Positions 47,703 through 56,905 of a stretch of 64,000 nucleotides of DNA are shown here, piece after piece. The DNA lies in contig CAYUHE010000001.1 of NCBI GenBank assembly GCA_964444415.1, positions 4,889-68,888 on the forward strand. The letters run 5' to 3'. The first letter of the stretch is position 1, and each line of letters opens with the position of its first letter. Below the pieces are notes generated by a model, which ran no database searches, was not told the DNA's origin, and was given only the letters and a program-made list of their open reading frames with translations. The position numbers and the translations under genes are program-made. Origin of the DNA: an uncultured Gammaproteobacteria bacterium. GTDB taxonomy: Bacteria; Cyanobacteriota; Vampirovibrionia; Gastranaerophilales; CAJFVJ01.

Positions 47703-48619
47703 TACTAATCAATATAATGGGCGGCTTAGGAAATCAAATGAGCCAATATGCAATGGCGCGGAAGCTTTCGATTTTGCTGGGTGTGGATTTTAAGCTTGAT
47801 TTGGTTACAACCAAATATTTTAAAAAAGATTTCGTCCATACGTATCAGCTCAATAATTTTAATCTTATCGAAAATATAGCTACACCTGCTGAAATAAATA
47901 AATTCATCAAAAAAGGGAAGATATTTTATAAAATATTCAATCAAATCAAACGCTCTATGGGGCTAAAAACCGACAAAAATATTATTTATAACAAAAATTG
48001 CTATATAGAGCCTATGCCGCAAATTTTCAGAGAAGAAATCCTTGATTTGAAAGATAACACATATTTGATGGGGTATTTCGCAAGTTTTAAATATTTTGAT
48101 GATATTAGAGAAACTATCCTTGAGGATTTTAGCCCTAAGAACCCTTTGAGCGAAAAAGGGACTGAGCTCTTGGCTAAAATTAAAAATTCAAATTCAGTAT
48201 CAATCCACTTTAGACGCGGGGATTTTTTGACTAATGCCGACTTTAAAGACAGAGCCGCAGTAATAAATTCTGAAGAATATTATCAAAAAGCTATTGAGTA
48301 TGTGATTGAAAATATTCCAAATCCGCATTTTTATATCTTTTCTGACGAAATTGACTATTTGAAAGAAAATTTCAAATTGGATTATCCTGTTACTTATATG
48401 GATTTTAATCCACCGCAAAGAGGTTTTGAGGATATGTATTTGATGAGCCAATGTAAGTGTAATATTTTGGCAGGAATATCTTCTTTCAGTTGTTGGGCAG
48501 CATATTTGAATAATAATCCCGACAAAATAGTTATTATTCCTGAGCATTGCTCAAACGATGACTATTATCCCTATCAGCACATAAAAATCGCTTCAAAAGG
48601 AGTTTTAAATGCAGTATAA
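47699..48619 (+). CDS. GT11 alpha-1,2-fucosyltransferase
   Basis: Has MGGLGNQMSQYA, SIHFRRGDF, and SSFSCWAAYLNNNPDKIVIIP (the FutC/WbsJ-type motifs). The ATG at 47699 overlaps the GT10 stop (ATGA). Confidence 0.85.
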   Translation: MILINIMGGLGNQMSQYAMARKLSILLGVDFKLDLVTTKYFKKDFVHTYQLNNFNLIENIATPAEINKFIKKGKIFYKIFNQIKRSMGLKTDKNIIYNKNCYIEPMPQIFREEILDLKDNTYLMGYFASFKYFDDIRETILEDFSPKNPLSEKGTELLAKIKNSNSVSIHFRRGDFLTNADFKDRAAVINSEEYYQKAIEYVIENIPNPHFYIFSDEIDYLKENFKLDYPVTYMDFNPPQRGFEDMYLMSQCKCNILAGISSFSCWAAYLNNNPDKIVIIPEHCSNDDYYPYQHIKIASKGVLNAV

Positions 48620-49577
48620 AGCTGAAGATATAGAAATTTTTATTTTGACTTATAACAGAGCCCAAATGCTTGATGAAACACTGGGCAGTATCAAAAATCA
48701 AACAGTACAAGGCTTTGGCGTAAAAGTCTTTGACAATGGAAGTACTGACAATACTCTGGATGTCATCAATAAATACGGATTTGATTATAATAAAAATGAA
48801 AAAAATTTAGGACAGCTTGTAAATTTTGAACTTGCAAAAAATGCAGCTTCCAAAAAATGGGTTATGTTTTTTCATGATGATGATTTGCTAAATCCTCAAT
48901 ATATCGAAAAAGTTCTTTATTATTTGAATAAATATGAAAATATCGATGTGGTTACAGCTGGCTGTATTGCTACTTATGAGCCTAAATACAATGATTTTGA
49001 GCCAATAAAAGAAGCTTGCTTGTGCAAAGACAAAAAAGAATTCGCACTATATTTGTTTATGGGTCTTAATAATCATTTCGGCTCAACAATTTATCGAACA
49101 GAATTTTATAAAGAAAATTCTTTCAGACAAGACATTTATGGCAAAATTGCCGACAGACCGCTGGTTTTGGATTCTATACAAGATGGCAAAATACTTGTTT
49201 TAGACAAAAATTCTGTTCAATACAGATTGCATGAAGGTCAAGACACAAATGCAGGTGCAACAGGACCTTTTGTTCAAGAATTTTTAAATCTTATTGAGCT
49301 ATATCATAATATTATCAAATCAAGTAGCTCGGGATTTTACAATTTTCTATACGATTGCTCAATTTTGACTTACCTGCATTTTGCTTATTCTTGGATGAAA
49401 TGGGAACATCCAAAATATTCTTTCAAAAATTTCTTAGATTTGGCTTTTGAAAAAAATTTGATTGATAAAAAAACGCCCCTATTTTTGCCTATTGATGAGT
49501 CGAAAATATCAAAATTTTATTACAGACAAGTCAGAAGTATTCTTAAAAATATGTTTTACAAGAACATTTTGTGCTAG
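48609..49577 (+). CDS. Glycosyltransferase family 2
   Basis: 322 aa. Has IFILTYNRAQML, FDNGSTDNT and FFHDDD. AAAGGA RBS. Confidence 0.8.
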   Translation: MQYKAEDIEIFILTYNRAQMLDETLGSIKNQTVQGFGVKVFDNGSTDNTLDVINKYGFDYNKNEKNLGQLVNFELAKNAASKKWVMFFHDDDLLNPQYIEKVLYYLNKYENIDVVTAGCIATYEPKYNDFEPIKEACLCKDKKEFALYLFMGLNNHFGSTIYRTEFYKENSFRQDIYGKIADRPLVLDSIQDGKILVLDKNSVQYRLHEGQDTNAGATGPFVQEFLNLIELYHNIIKSSSSGFYNFLYDCSILTYLHFAYSWMKWEHPKYSFKNFLDLAFEKNLIDKKTPLFLPIDESKISKFYYRQVRSILKNMFYKNILC

Positions 49578-49588
49578 AATTTGAAACT

Positions 49589-50422
49589 ATGAAAATATCT
49601 ATTATTACGGTTTGTTTAAATGCCAAAGACACAATCGAAAAAACTTTTTTGAGTGTTCTAAACCAAACCTGCAAAAATTGGGAACTAATTGTAATTGACG
49701 GCAAATCTACCGATGGAACCGTTGATATTATAGAAAAATATAACGATAATATCGCTTATTTTGTATCTGAAAAAGACAGCGGCGTTTATAATGCAATGAA
49801 CAAAGGTATCAGAGCCGCCAGCGGTGATTTTTTGTTGTTTTTGAATGCAAATGATACATTACATTCTACCGATGTTCTGGAAAAAGTGGCGGAGGCTTTA
49901 ACCCAAAATCCTGAAGTGAAATACTTATTCGGAGATGTTCATTATATCTCTGAAGATGGTTCCCAAAGTAAGATTGAGAAATATAACAATGTTAAAAATG
50001 ACCTATATTTTGTCAATCGAAATATTTGTCATCAGGTAATTTTTTATCACAAATCACTATTTGAAAAATTGGGTGAATACCCCGAATGCTACAAAATTTA
50101 TGCAGATTGGGATTTCAACACGAAATGTCTGGTTCAAAATAAAACTCCTGCAATATATTTGCCAATAGTAATTTCAAACTTTCAATTAGGCGGAATATCC
50201 GCAAATAAAGCCCTTTCTAAACTTTATAAAAAAGAAAAGGCAATGACTTGGGAACGAAATTTCAAAAAATATATAGTATTAAGCCAAACTCACACTTTTT
50301 TAAGGAAATATTTAGGTTCAATTTACAAGCCATTTGAAAGTAAAATCTTGAGCGGAATTATAGAAATTTATGCCTCACAGCCAAAATTTAGGCTAAATAT
50401 AAAAACATTATTAATGCTATAA
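49589..50422 (+). CDS. Glycosyltransferase family 2
   Basis: Has MKISIITVCLNAKDTIEKT, VIDGKSTDGT and FLNAND. The ORF track starts at a GTG at 49571. Confidence 0.8.
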   Translation: MKISIITVCLNAKDTIEKTFLSVLNQTCKNWELIVIDGKSTDGTVDIIEKYNDNIAYFVSEKDSGVYNAMNKGIRAASGDFLLFLNANDTLHSTDVLEKVAEALTQNPEVKYLFGDVHYISEDGSQSKIEKYNNVKNDLYFVNRNICHQVIFYHKSLFEKLGEYPECYKIYADWDFNTKCLVQNKTPAIYLPIVISNFQLGGISANKALSKLYKKEKAMTWERNFKKYIVLSQTHTFLRKYLGSIYKPFESKILSGIIEIYASQPKFRLNIKTLLML

Positions 50423-50495
50423 TAAATCTGTAAAAATAATTCACATTCACTCAAAAAAACACCCTAAAAGCATTAACATTCTTAAAAGAAAGTAA

Positions 50496-51566
50496 ATGAA
50501 TTTGATAAATGTTACAAAAACTTTTTTGCCCCCAATTGAGGAATATCAAAAATATATTTCTCGAATTTGGCAAAATAATCAATTGACGAACCAAGGTCCC
50601 TTGCTCAAAGAGCTTGAGCAAAAATTGGGCGGTTTTTTGAATGTTGAAAATATTCAATTTGTTTCAAGCGGAACAATGGCTCTGCAACTAGCTTTGAATG
50701 CTCTTGACATCAAAGAAGGCGAAATTATTACAACTCCTTTTTCCTATGTTGCAACTACTTCATCTATTTTGTGGGAAAGATGCAAGCCTGTTTTTGTTGA
50801 TATTGAACCTGATAATTTTACAATCGATGCAGATAAAATAGAGCGGGCAATTACTCCTGAAACTAAGGCTATTATGGCAGTACATGTTTTCGGGTACGCT
50901 TGTAATGTCGAAAAAATTGAAAAAATTGCACAAAAACACAACCTGAAAGTTATTTATGATGGGGCACACTCTTTTGGGACAAAATACAAGGGTAAATCCT
51001 TGCTAAATTATGGTGATATTTCTACATGTAGCTTTCACTCGACGAAATTATTTCACACCGTTGAAGGCGGAGCTTGTATTGTTAAAGATAAATATATCAA
51101 TGAAAAATTATCACTCGCAAAAACCTTTGGTCACATAGGTTACGAGTATTTTCAATTAGGCTTAAATGGGAAAAATTCCGAAATGCACGCTGCGATGGGG
51201 CTTTGCAATCTCAATTATATTGATAAAATCATCTCTGAAAGAAAAAAAATAATAGAATTATATGACAAACTATTAGGCAATTCTGTTTCCCGACCTAAAA
51301 TTCAGGAATATCTCGAATATAATTATGCTTATTATCCGGTATTATTTGAAAACGAAAACCATTTGTTAAAGGTTTTTGAGGCTTTGAAGAAAGAAAATAT
51401 TTTCCCCAGAAGATATTTCTACCCGAGTTTAAACAAACTTCCATATGTAAACGGCGAAAATTGTCCAATATCAGAAGATATAAGTTTAAGAATCGCCTGT
51501 TTGCCTTTATTTGTTGGATTAGAAGAAGATATTATCAAGAAAATAGCAGGAATAATAAATGAATAA
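50496..51566 (+). CDS. DegT/DnrJ/EryC1-family sugar-nucleotide aminotransferase (PLP)
   Basis: 356 aa. Has SGTMALQLAL, FVDIEPDNFTID, and SFHSTKLFHTVEGG (the catalytic Lys context). The regiospecificity cannot be read from the sequence. Confidence 0.85.
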   Translation: MNLINVTKTFLPPIEEYQKYISRIWQNNQLTNQGPLLKELEQKLGGFLNVENIQFVSSGTMALQLALNALDIKEGEIITTPFSYVATTSSILWERCKPVFVDIEPDNFTIDADKIERAITPETKAIMAVHVFGYACNVEKIEKIAQKHNLKVIYDGAHSFGTKYKGKSLLNYGDISTCSFHSTKLFHTVEGGACIVKDKYINEKLSLAKTFGHIGYEYFQLGLNGKNSEMHAAMGLCNLNYIDKIISERKKIIELYDKLLGNSVSRPKIQEYLEYNYAYYPVLFENENHLLKVFEALKKENIFPRRYFYPSLNKLPYVNGENCPISEDISLRIACLPLFVGLEEDIIKKIAGIINE

Positions 51567-52266
51567 TCAGAAAAAAACCGCAATAATGCAACCGTATTTT
51601 TTGCCTTACATCGGCTATTGGCAATTGATTAATGCTGTTGATGTTTTTGTGATTTATGACAACATACAATATACAAAAAAAGGCTGGTTTAACCGAAACC
51701 GCTTTTTGCAAAACGGCCATGATGTTCTATTTTCTGTTCCTCTCAAACAAGATAACGATTTTTTATATGTAAATAAGCGATTTATTTCACCTGAATTTGA
51801 CAAAAAAAAACTGATTGCACAATTCCAAAATGCATATGCTAAAGCTCCATATTTTAAAAATGTTATGCCTTTAATTGAAGAAATCATTATGTTTAAGGAG
51901 GACAATTTATTTAAATACATCCTAAATTCGGTGAAAAAAATCTGTAACCATTTAGATATAGATACCCAAATCATAATTTCATCCCATTTAAATATTAACA
52001 ATGAACTAAAAGCCGAAAAAAAAGTTTTGTCGATTTGCAAAGCACTAAATACTACAACCTACATCAACACAATCGGCGGAATGGAACTCTATGACAAAGG
52101 AGAATTCGAGTCTAACAATGTGGAACTAAAATTTATTAAACCAACAAATATTGAATACAAACAATTTGACAGTGCCTTTGTACCTTGGCTTTCAATTGTA
52201 GATGTTTTGATGTTTAATTCAAAAGAAGAAGTGAAACTATTCTTAAATAAATATGAACTTTTATAA
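51559..52266 (+). CDS. WbqC-family protein
   Basis: 235 aa. The N-terminus IMQPYFLPYIGYWQLINAVDVFVIYDNIQY is typical of the WbqC-like family. Its start overlaps the aminotransferase stop (ATGAATAA). Confidence 0.75.
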   Translation: MNNQKKTAIMQPYFLPYIGYWQLINAVDVFVIYDNIQYTKKGWFNRNRFLQNGHDVLFSVPLKQDNDFLYVNKRFISPEFDKKKLIAQFQNAYAKAPYFKNVMPLIEEIIMFKEDNLFKYILNSVKKICNHLDIDTQIIISSHLNINNELKAEKKVLSICKALNTTTYINTIGGMELYDKGEFESNNVELKFIKPTNIEYKQFDSAFVPWLSIVDVLMFNSKEEVKLFLNKYELL

Positions 52267-52285
52267 AAAATGTAAGGGAATAAAT

Positions 52286-52852
52286 ATGAGTTTTTTAAAT
52301 GAAGAAGAAATTAGTAAAATTGGTTTAAAAAGCTATGGCTCAAATTTAAAAATCAGTACAAAAGCTTGTTTTTATCAGCCTGAACAAATTTCACTGGGGA
52401 ACAACATTAGAATTGATGATTTTTGTATTTTGTCAGGCAATATCATTTTGCATAATAACATACATATTGCAGTATATTCTTACCTATTATCCAGCAATAA
52501 AAGCTTAATAGAATTACAGGATTTCTCTGGAATGTCCTTTAAAACAACAATTATGACTAATAGCGATGATTTTAGCGGAGAATTTATGACAAACCCAACT
52601 GTGCCGAATGAATTAAGAAAAATGTCCCACAATTCTGTTACTGTTGAAAAACACGGTTTAGTTGGAGCTCATTCACTCGTATTGCCTGGCGCAAATATAG
52701 CGGAAGGTACTGCAATTGGTGCTATGTCTTTAGTAACAAAGCCGACTTTACCTTGGAGTATATATTTTGGTCAGCCTGCAAAAAGACTAAAAGCAAGAAA
52801 ACAAACCATTCTAGAATTAGAAAAAAAATATTATGATATGTTGAAAGGCTAA
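52286..52852 (+). CDS. Left-handed beta-helix (hexapeptide-repeat) acyl/acetyltransferase
   Basis: ATG at 52286 after AAGGGA. Hexapeptide-like turns (LGNNIRIDDFCILSGNIILHNNIHI, VGAHSLVLPGANIAEGTAIGAMSLV). Confidence 0.75.
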   Translation: MSFLNEEEISKIGLKSYGSNLKISTKACFYQPEQISLGNNIRIDDFCILSGNIILHNNIHIAVYSYLLSSNKSLIELQDFSGMSFKTTIMTNSDDFSGEFMTNPTVPNELRKMSHNSVTVEKHGLVGAHSLVLPGANIAEGTAIGAMSLVTKPTLPWSIYFGQPAKRLKARKQTILELEKKYYDMLKG

Positions 52853-52863
52853 ACTATAATAAA

Positions 52864-53823
52864 ATGTTCAAATGGAAAAAATTAGGCAGAATTTTTAACC
52901 CGACTGATATTAAAGGTAAAGCTTGGCTGGATGAATTTGCCCAAGCTCCCGCTACATTAATATTTGATGATTTTGTAAGAGTATATTTCAGCTGTCGCTC
53001 CAAAAGAGATGAAAACGGGCAATTTGTGAGTTATTCAGCATTTGTAGATTTGGATAGAAAAAATTTATTTAACATTATAAACATTGCGCAAGCCCCTGTT
53101 TTAAAACTTGGAAAAAAAGGCTGTTTCGACGAATTTGGAACTTACCCGATATCTGTCTTAAGAGAAAATAAAGAAATTTGGGCTTATTATGGAGGTTGGA
53201 GTAGATGTGTCGCAGTACCTTTTAATACAGCTATAGGATTTGCAAAAAGTATTAATAATGGTGAATCTTTTGAAAAATTAGGAAACGGTCCAATATTATC
53301 CTACTCTCCAGATGAACCATTCAATGTAGGAAGCGTCCGAATTCGCAAATTTGATAATCTTTATTATTTATTTTATGTAACAGGCAAAAAATGGCTAATG
53401 GTGAACGGCAAGCCCGAAATGTCTTTAAAAATTCGAATGGCAAGCTCAACTGACGGATTAAATTGGACAAAACACAATAAAAATCTTATCCTCGAACTAA
53501 ATTGTGAAACCGAATCACAAGCAAGCCCTGATGTATTTTATGCAAACGGAAAATATCACATGTTCTTTTGCAATTGGATTCCAGCAACATTTAGAGAATC
53601 TAAATCAAGAAAAATAGGGTATGCATATTCAACTGACTTAATAAATTGGAACAGAGACGACTCAAAAGCCGGAATTGATGTTTCAAAAGAGGGTTGGGAC
53701 TCTGAAATGATTGCATATCCTCATGTTTTTGAACTCGATGGCAAAATTTATATGCTATACCTTGGAAACGAAGTTGGCCGTTACGGTTTTGGCTTGGCTG
53801 AGCTTGAAGGAGAGTTGAAATAA
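52864..53823 (+). CDS. Beta-propeller, glycoside-hydrolase-like protein (paralog 1)
   Basis: 319 aa. Repeated blade-like motifs (SSTDGLNW, YSTDLINW, GWDSEMIAYPHVFELDGKIYMLY). No signal peptide or TM segment seen. Confidence 0.6.
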   Translation: MFKWKKLGRIFNPTDIKGKAWLDEFAQAPATLIFDDFVRVYFSCRSKRDENGQFVSYSAFVDLDRKNLFNIINIAQAPVLKLGKKGCFDEFGTYPISVLRENKEIWAYYGGWSRCVAVPFNTAIGFAKSINNGESFEKLGNGPILSYSPDEPFNVGSVRIRKFDNLYYLFYVTGKKWLMVNGKPEMSLKIRMASSTDGLNWTKHNKNLILELNCETESQASPDVFYANGKYHMFFCNWIPATFRESKSRKIGYAYSTDLINWNRDDSKAGIDVSKEGWDSEMIAYPHVFELDGKIYMLYLGNEVGRYGFGLAELEGELK

Positions 53824-54779
53824 TGAAGTGGGAAAAACTCGGGCAAATATTTGAATTTGAAAAATCACCTTTAAAAGACAACTTTGTAAGCCAAGTACAA
53901 TCACCACAAGCTGTAGTTTTTGAGAATTTTGTCAGGATTTATTTTTGCACCAGAAAAAAAGATGCCTCCGGAAAATTTTTGAGTCACGTTCAATTTGTGG
54001 ATTATGATAAAAAATTCGAAAAAATTCTCAACTATTCAAATCACGAAGTTATTCCTCTTGGAAATTTGGGATGTTTTGATGAACACGGAATTTTTCCAAT
54101 AAGCCCTATTAAAATTAATGACAAAATTTATGCTTATACAAGTGGCTGGTCAAGAAGAATATCCGTTGACGTTGATTCTGGAATTGGCCTTGCAATTAGT
54201 GAAGATAATGGTAAAACTTTTAAAAAACTGGGAGAAGGACCTATCTTAACCACCTCATTATATGAACCATTCTTAGTATGTGACGGGCTTGTCCGAAAAT
54301 TTGAGGACAAATTTTATATGTTCTATATTTTTGGTCAAAAATGGAGCGAAGAAACTGAAGGAAAAATTCCTGAAAGAGTATATAAAATTGCTTATGCAAC
54401 CTCAGATGACGGAATAAATTGGCGGAAAATGAACAGATGCATTATCGAAGACAAAATCGATGAAAACGAATGCCAAGCTCTGCCGACAGTTATAAAAATC
54501 AACAAACGTTATCACATGTATTTTTGCTATCGCCATATGATAGGTTTTAGAACAGAAAAAGAAAAAGGATACCGCTTAGGTTATGCTTATTCTGATGATT
54601 TGATTAATTGGACAAGAGATGATGAAAATTCCGGAATTGATATTTCAAAAGAGGGTTGGGATTCTGATATGATGTGCTATCCGCATATTTTTGAAATAGA
54701 TAATAAAATCTATATGCTTTATAATGGGAATGAATTTGGCAAATATGGTTTTGGTCTTGCTGAATTAAAAGGAGTTTGA
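53823..54779 (+). CDS. Beta-propeller, glycoside-hydrolase-like protein (paralog 2)
   Basis: 318 aa. Collinear with the previous ORF (SEDNGKTF Asp-box-like motif, TSDDGINW, GWDSDMMCYPHIFEIDNKIYMLY). TAATG overlap with paralog 1. Confidence 0.6.
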   Translation: MKWEKLGQIFEFEKSPLKDNFVSQVQSPQAVVFENFVRIYFCTRKKDASGKFLSHVQFVDYDKKFEKILNYSNHEVIPLGNLGCFDEHGIFPISPIKINDKIYAYTSGWSRRISVDVDSGIGLAISEDNGKTFKKLGEGPILTTSLYEPFLVCDGLVRKFEDKFYMFYIFGQKWSEETEGKIPERVYKIAYATSDDGINWRKMNRCIIEDKIDENECQALPTVIKINKRYHMYFCYRHMIGFRTEKEKGYRLGYAYSDDLINWTRDDENSGIDISKEGWDSDMMCYPHIFEIDNKIYMLYNGNEFGKYGFGLAELKGV

Positions 54780-54780
54780 A

Positions 54781-55524
54781 ATGGAAGTTCAAAGAAATTA
54801 CAATGCAGAATTAAAAGATAATGAAGGCAGAGAATACGCTTACAATTTTGATTTTGACGTAATGCATCCTTATATGCTGAAATCATTTGAACCATTTTTC
54901 AAAAAAGGCAATATTTTAGAACTTGGCTGTTATCAAGGTGCTTTTACAAAAAGATTGAAAAAATATTTTACCGACATAACTTGTGTTGAAGCCTCAGATG
55001 AAGCTATTGTTGAGGCAAAAAAAATCTTGGGCGAAGATGTAAAAATTATAAATTCTTTATTCGAAACTGCTAAATTGCCTACAAAATATGACAATATTGT
55101 TATGACACATGTTTTAGAACACCTCGAAAATCCTGTGGATATACTTAAAAAAATCAATGCTGAGTGGTTAGCTGATGGCGGAAAATTTTTTATTACATGT
55201 CCAAATGCAAATGCTCCTTCTCGTCAAATTGCAGTTAAAATGGGGCTGATTTCTCACAATTCGGCTGTAACTCCAGCAGAAGAAGCTCATGGTCATAGAA
55301 TTACCTATAATTTGGAGACTTTAGAAAAAGATGCCCTAGAAGCCGGATTTAAAGTAGTTCATCGCTCAGGAATATTTTTTAAAGCGCTGGCTAATTTTCA
55401 ATGGGATAAATTATTGAATACGGATATAATTTCAAAAGAATATTTGGACGGTTGTTATGAATTAGGCAAACATTATCCTGATTTGTGTTCAAGTATTTTC
55501 TTAGTATGCGAAAAAGGAAACTGA
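54781..55524 (+). CDS. Class I SAM-dependent methyltransferase
   Basis: 247 aa. ILELGCYQGAFT (motif I) and IVMTHVLEHLENP. Confidence 0.8.
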   Translation: MEVQRNYNAELKDNEGREYAYNFDFDVMHPYMLKSFEPFFKKGNILELGCYQGAFTKRLKKYFTDITCVEASDEAIVEAKKILGEDVKIINSLFETAKLPTKYDNIVMTHVLEHLENPVDILKKINAEWLADGGKFFITCPNANAPSRQIAVKMGLISHNSAVTPAEEAHGHRITYNLETLEKDALEAGFKVVHRSGIFFKALANFQWDKLLNTDIISKEYLDGCYELGKHYPDLCSSIFLVCEKGN

Positions 55525-55530
55525 AAATTT

Positions 55531-56385
55531 CTAGTTGCTCCAAATATATTTCATAGCTCTGAAAGTATTAACAGGAGCCAGCAAAAACCTATATATTTGA
55601 GGGATAGTACACAAAATTCTTAAAATCATCTTGGGATAAAAATCATAACAAAGCGTGAAAAACAAATATTCACTCTGAGTAATTATCTGACGGCGAAATT
55701 TTTTATTTCGCTTTGAACTTCCGCCTTCAAAATGGAAAATAAACGCATCAGGAATATAAAATATTTTATATCCTGCTTTTTGAATTCTGAATTGCAGCTC
55801 AGATTCTTCGAAATACAAGAAAAATCTTTCATCAAAAATCCCTACTTCATCCAAAACACTTTTACGCAACATCAGATCTGCCCCGATAATTTGCCCAACT
55901 TGTTGAAGTTTGCCTCTATTTGTATCATTTTTTTCCCTTTTGCAAAGATACCTTAAACCTAATAACCTAAAGAGATAACTCTTAGGTGTTTTTAGAAAAC
56001 CAAAAGAATGAACAGGATCCATCTTGTCATCGAATAAATTTCCACCACAGGCACCGGCTTGAGGATATTTTTCCATAAAATCAAATAAAACTTTAACGGC
56101 ATTATTAATCAAAGCAGTATCTGTATTTAATAGAAATACATATTTGCCGCTGGATTGCTTGATAGCAATATTATTGGCTCTTCCAAACCCTATATTTTTT
56201 TGGTTTTTTATTAGTTTTACTTGAGGAAACGCTGCTTTAATAGCATTGCTAGGATCATTCAAAGAGGCATTATCCACAACAAAAACTTCAAACTCAACTC
56301 CAGATGTCTTTTTATAAATAGAATGCAGGCAATCAAGTGTCAGTTGTTCGGTATTATAATTTACTAATATTATTGAAACATCCAT
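55531..56385 (-). CDS. Glycosyltransferase family 2 (rhamnosyltransferase-like)
   Basis: 284 aa. Has VSIILVNYNTEQLTLDCL, VVDNASLND and LNTDT. Confidence 0.8.
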   Translation of the reverse strand: MDVSIILVNYNTEQLTLDCLHSIYKKTSGVEFEVFVVDNASLNDPSNAIKAAFPQVKLIKNQKNIGFGRANNIAIKQSSGKYVFLLNTDTALINNAVKVLFDFMEKYPQAGACGGNLFDDKMDPVHSFGFLKTPKSYLFRLLGLRYLCKREKNDTNRGKLQQVGQIIGADLMLRKSVLDEVGIFDERFFLYFEESELQFRIQKAGYKIFYIPDAFIFHFEGGSSKRNKKFRRQIITQSEYLFFTLCYDFYPKMILRILCTIPQIYRFLLAPVNTFRAMKYIWSN

Positions 56386-56487
56386 GCGAAAATTTTAACA
56401 TAAATCAGCTGACTTTGAACACTTAATTAGAAAATATTTAACAATTTAATTTGCATATTAAAAATGCCGAAAACTTTTTCAACAGTC

Positions 56488-56892
56488 TCAATCTAAATAA
56501 ATAATTTCTTGCCTTTTTTGCTGAATTTGAGAAGTATAATATTCAAGCCAAGTAAGCCCTTCTTCCTTATATGCGGGTTCACAAAAAGCTCTAATACGTT
56601 TTTTGTCTAAAGATTCAACTTCAAGAATTAATTGCTGTTTTTTGATTTGTTTCTCAGCTTGCAGTAATTGATTTTGATATTCAATTGTATTTGAAATATC
56701 AACAACTCCTTTTGGATTTTCAAAAATACCGTCTTGAATTTCATCATAACGCAACTTATCAAGGTTAGAATCCACATAATCACGCTGTTCTTCTGTAATT
56801 TCGATATATTTTAATGGCAAAATCGTATAATCAATGTCATAGGGGTAGTTACCGCCAAAAGTATTATCTTCTTTTATTTCTTTTCTTATCAT
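56488..56892 (-). CDS. Hypothetical protein, possible tail-fibre assembly/chaperone-like partner of the upstream gene
   Basis: 134 aa. Starts 13 nt after the stop of the 432-aa gene, with an AAGGA RBS. C-terminal helical region (QAEKQIKKQQL...GLTWLEYYTSQIQQKRQEI), loosely like phage Tfa proteins. Confidence 0.4.
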   Translation of the reverse strand: MIRKEIKEDNTFGGNYPYDIDYTILPLKYIEITEEQRDYVDSNLDKLRYDEIQDGIFENPKGVVDISNTIEYQNQLLQAEKQIKKQQLILEVESLDKKRIRAFCEPAYKEEGLTWLEYYTSQIQQKRQEIIYLD

Positions 56893-56905
56893 TTTTTTGT
56901 CCTTT

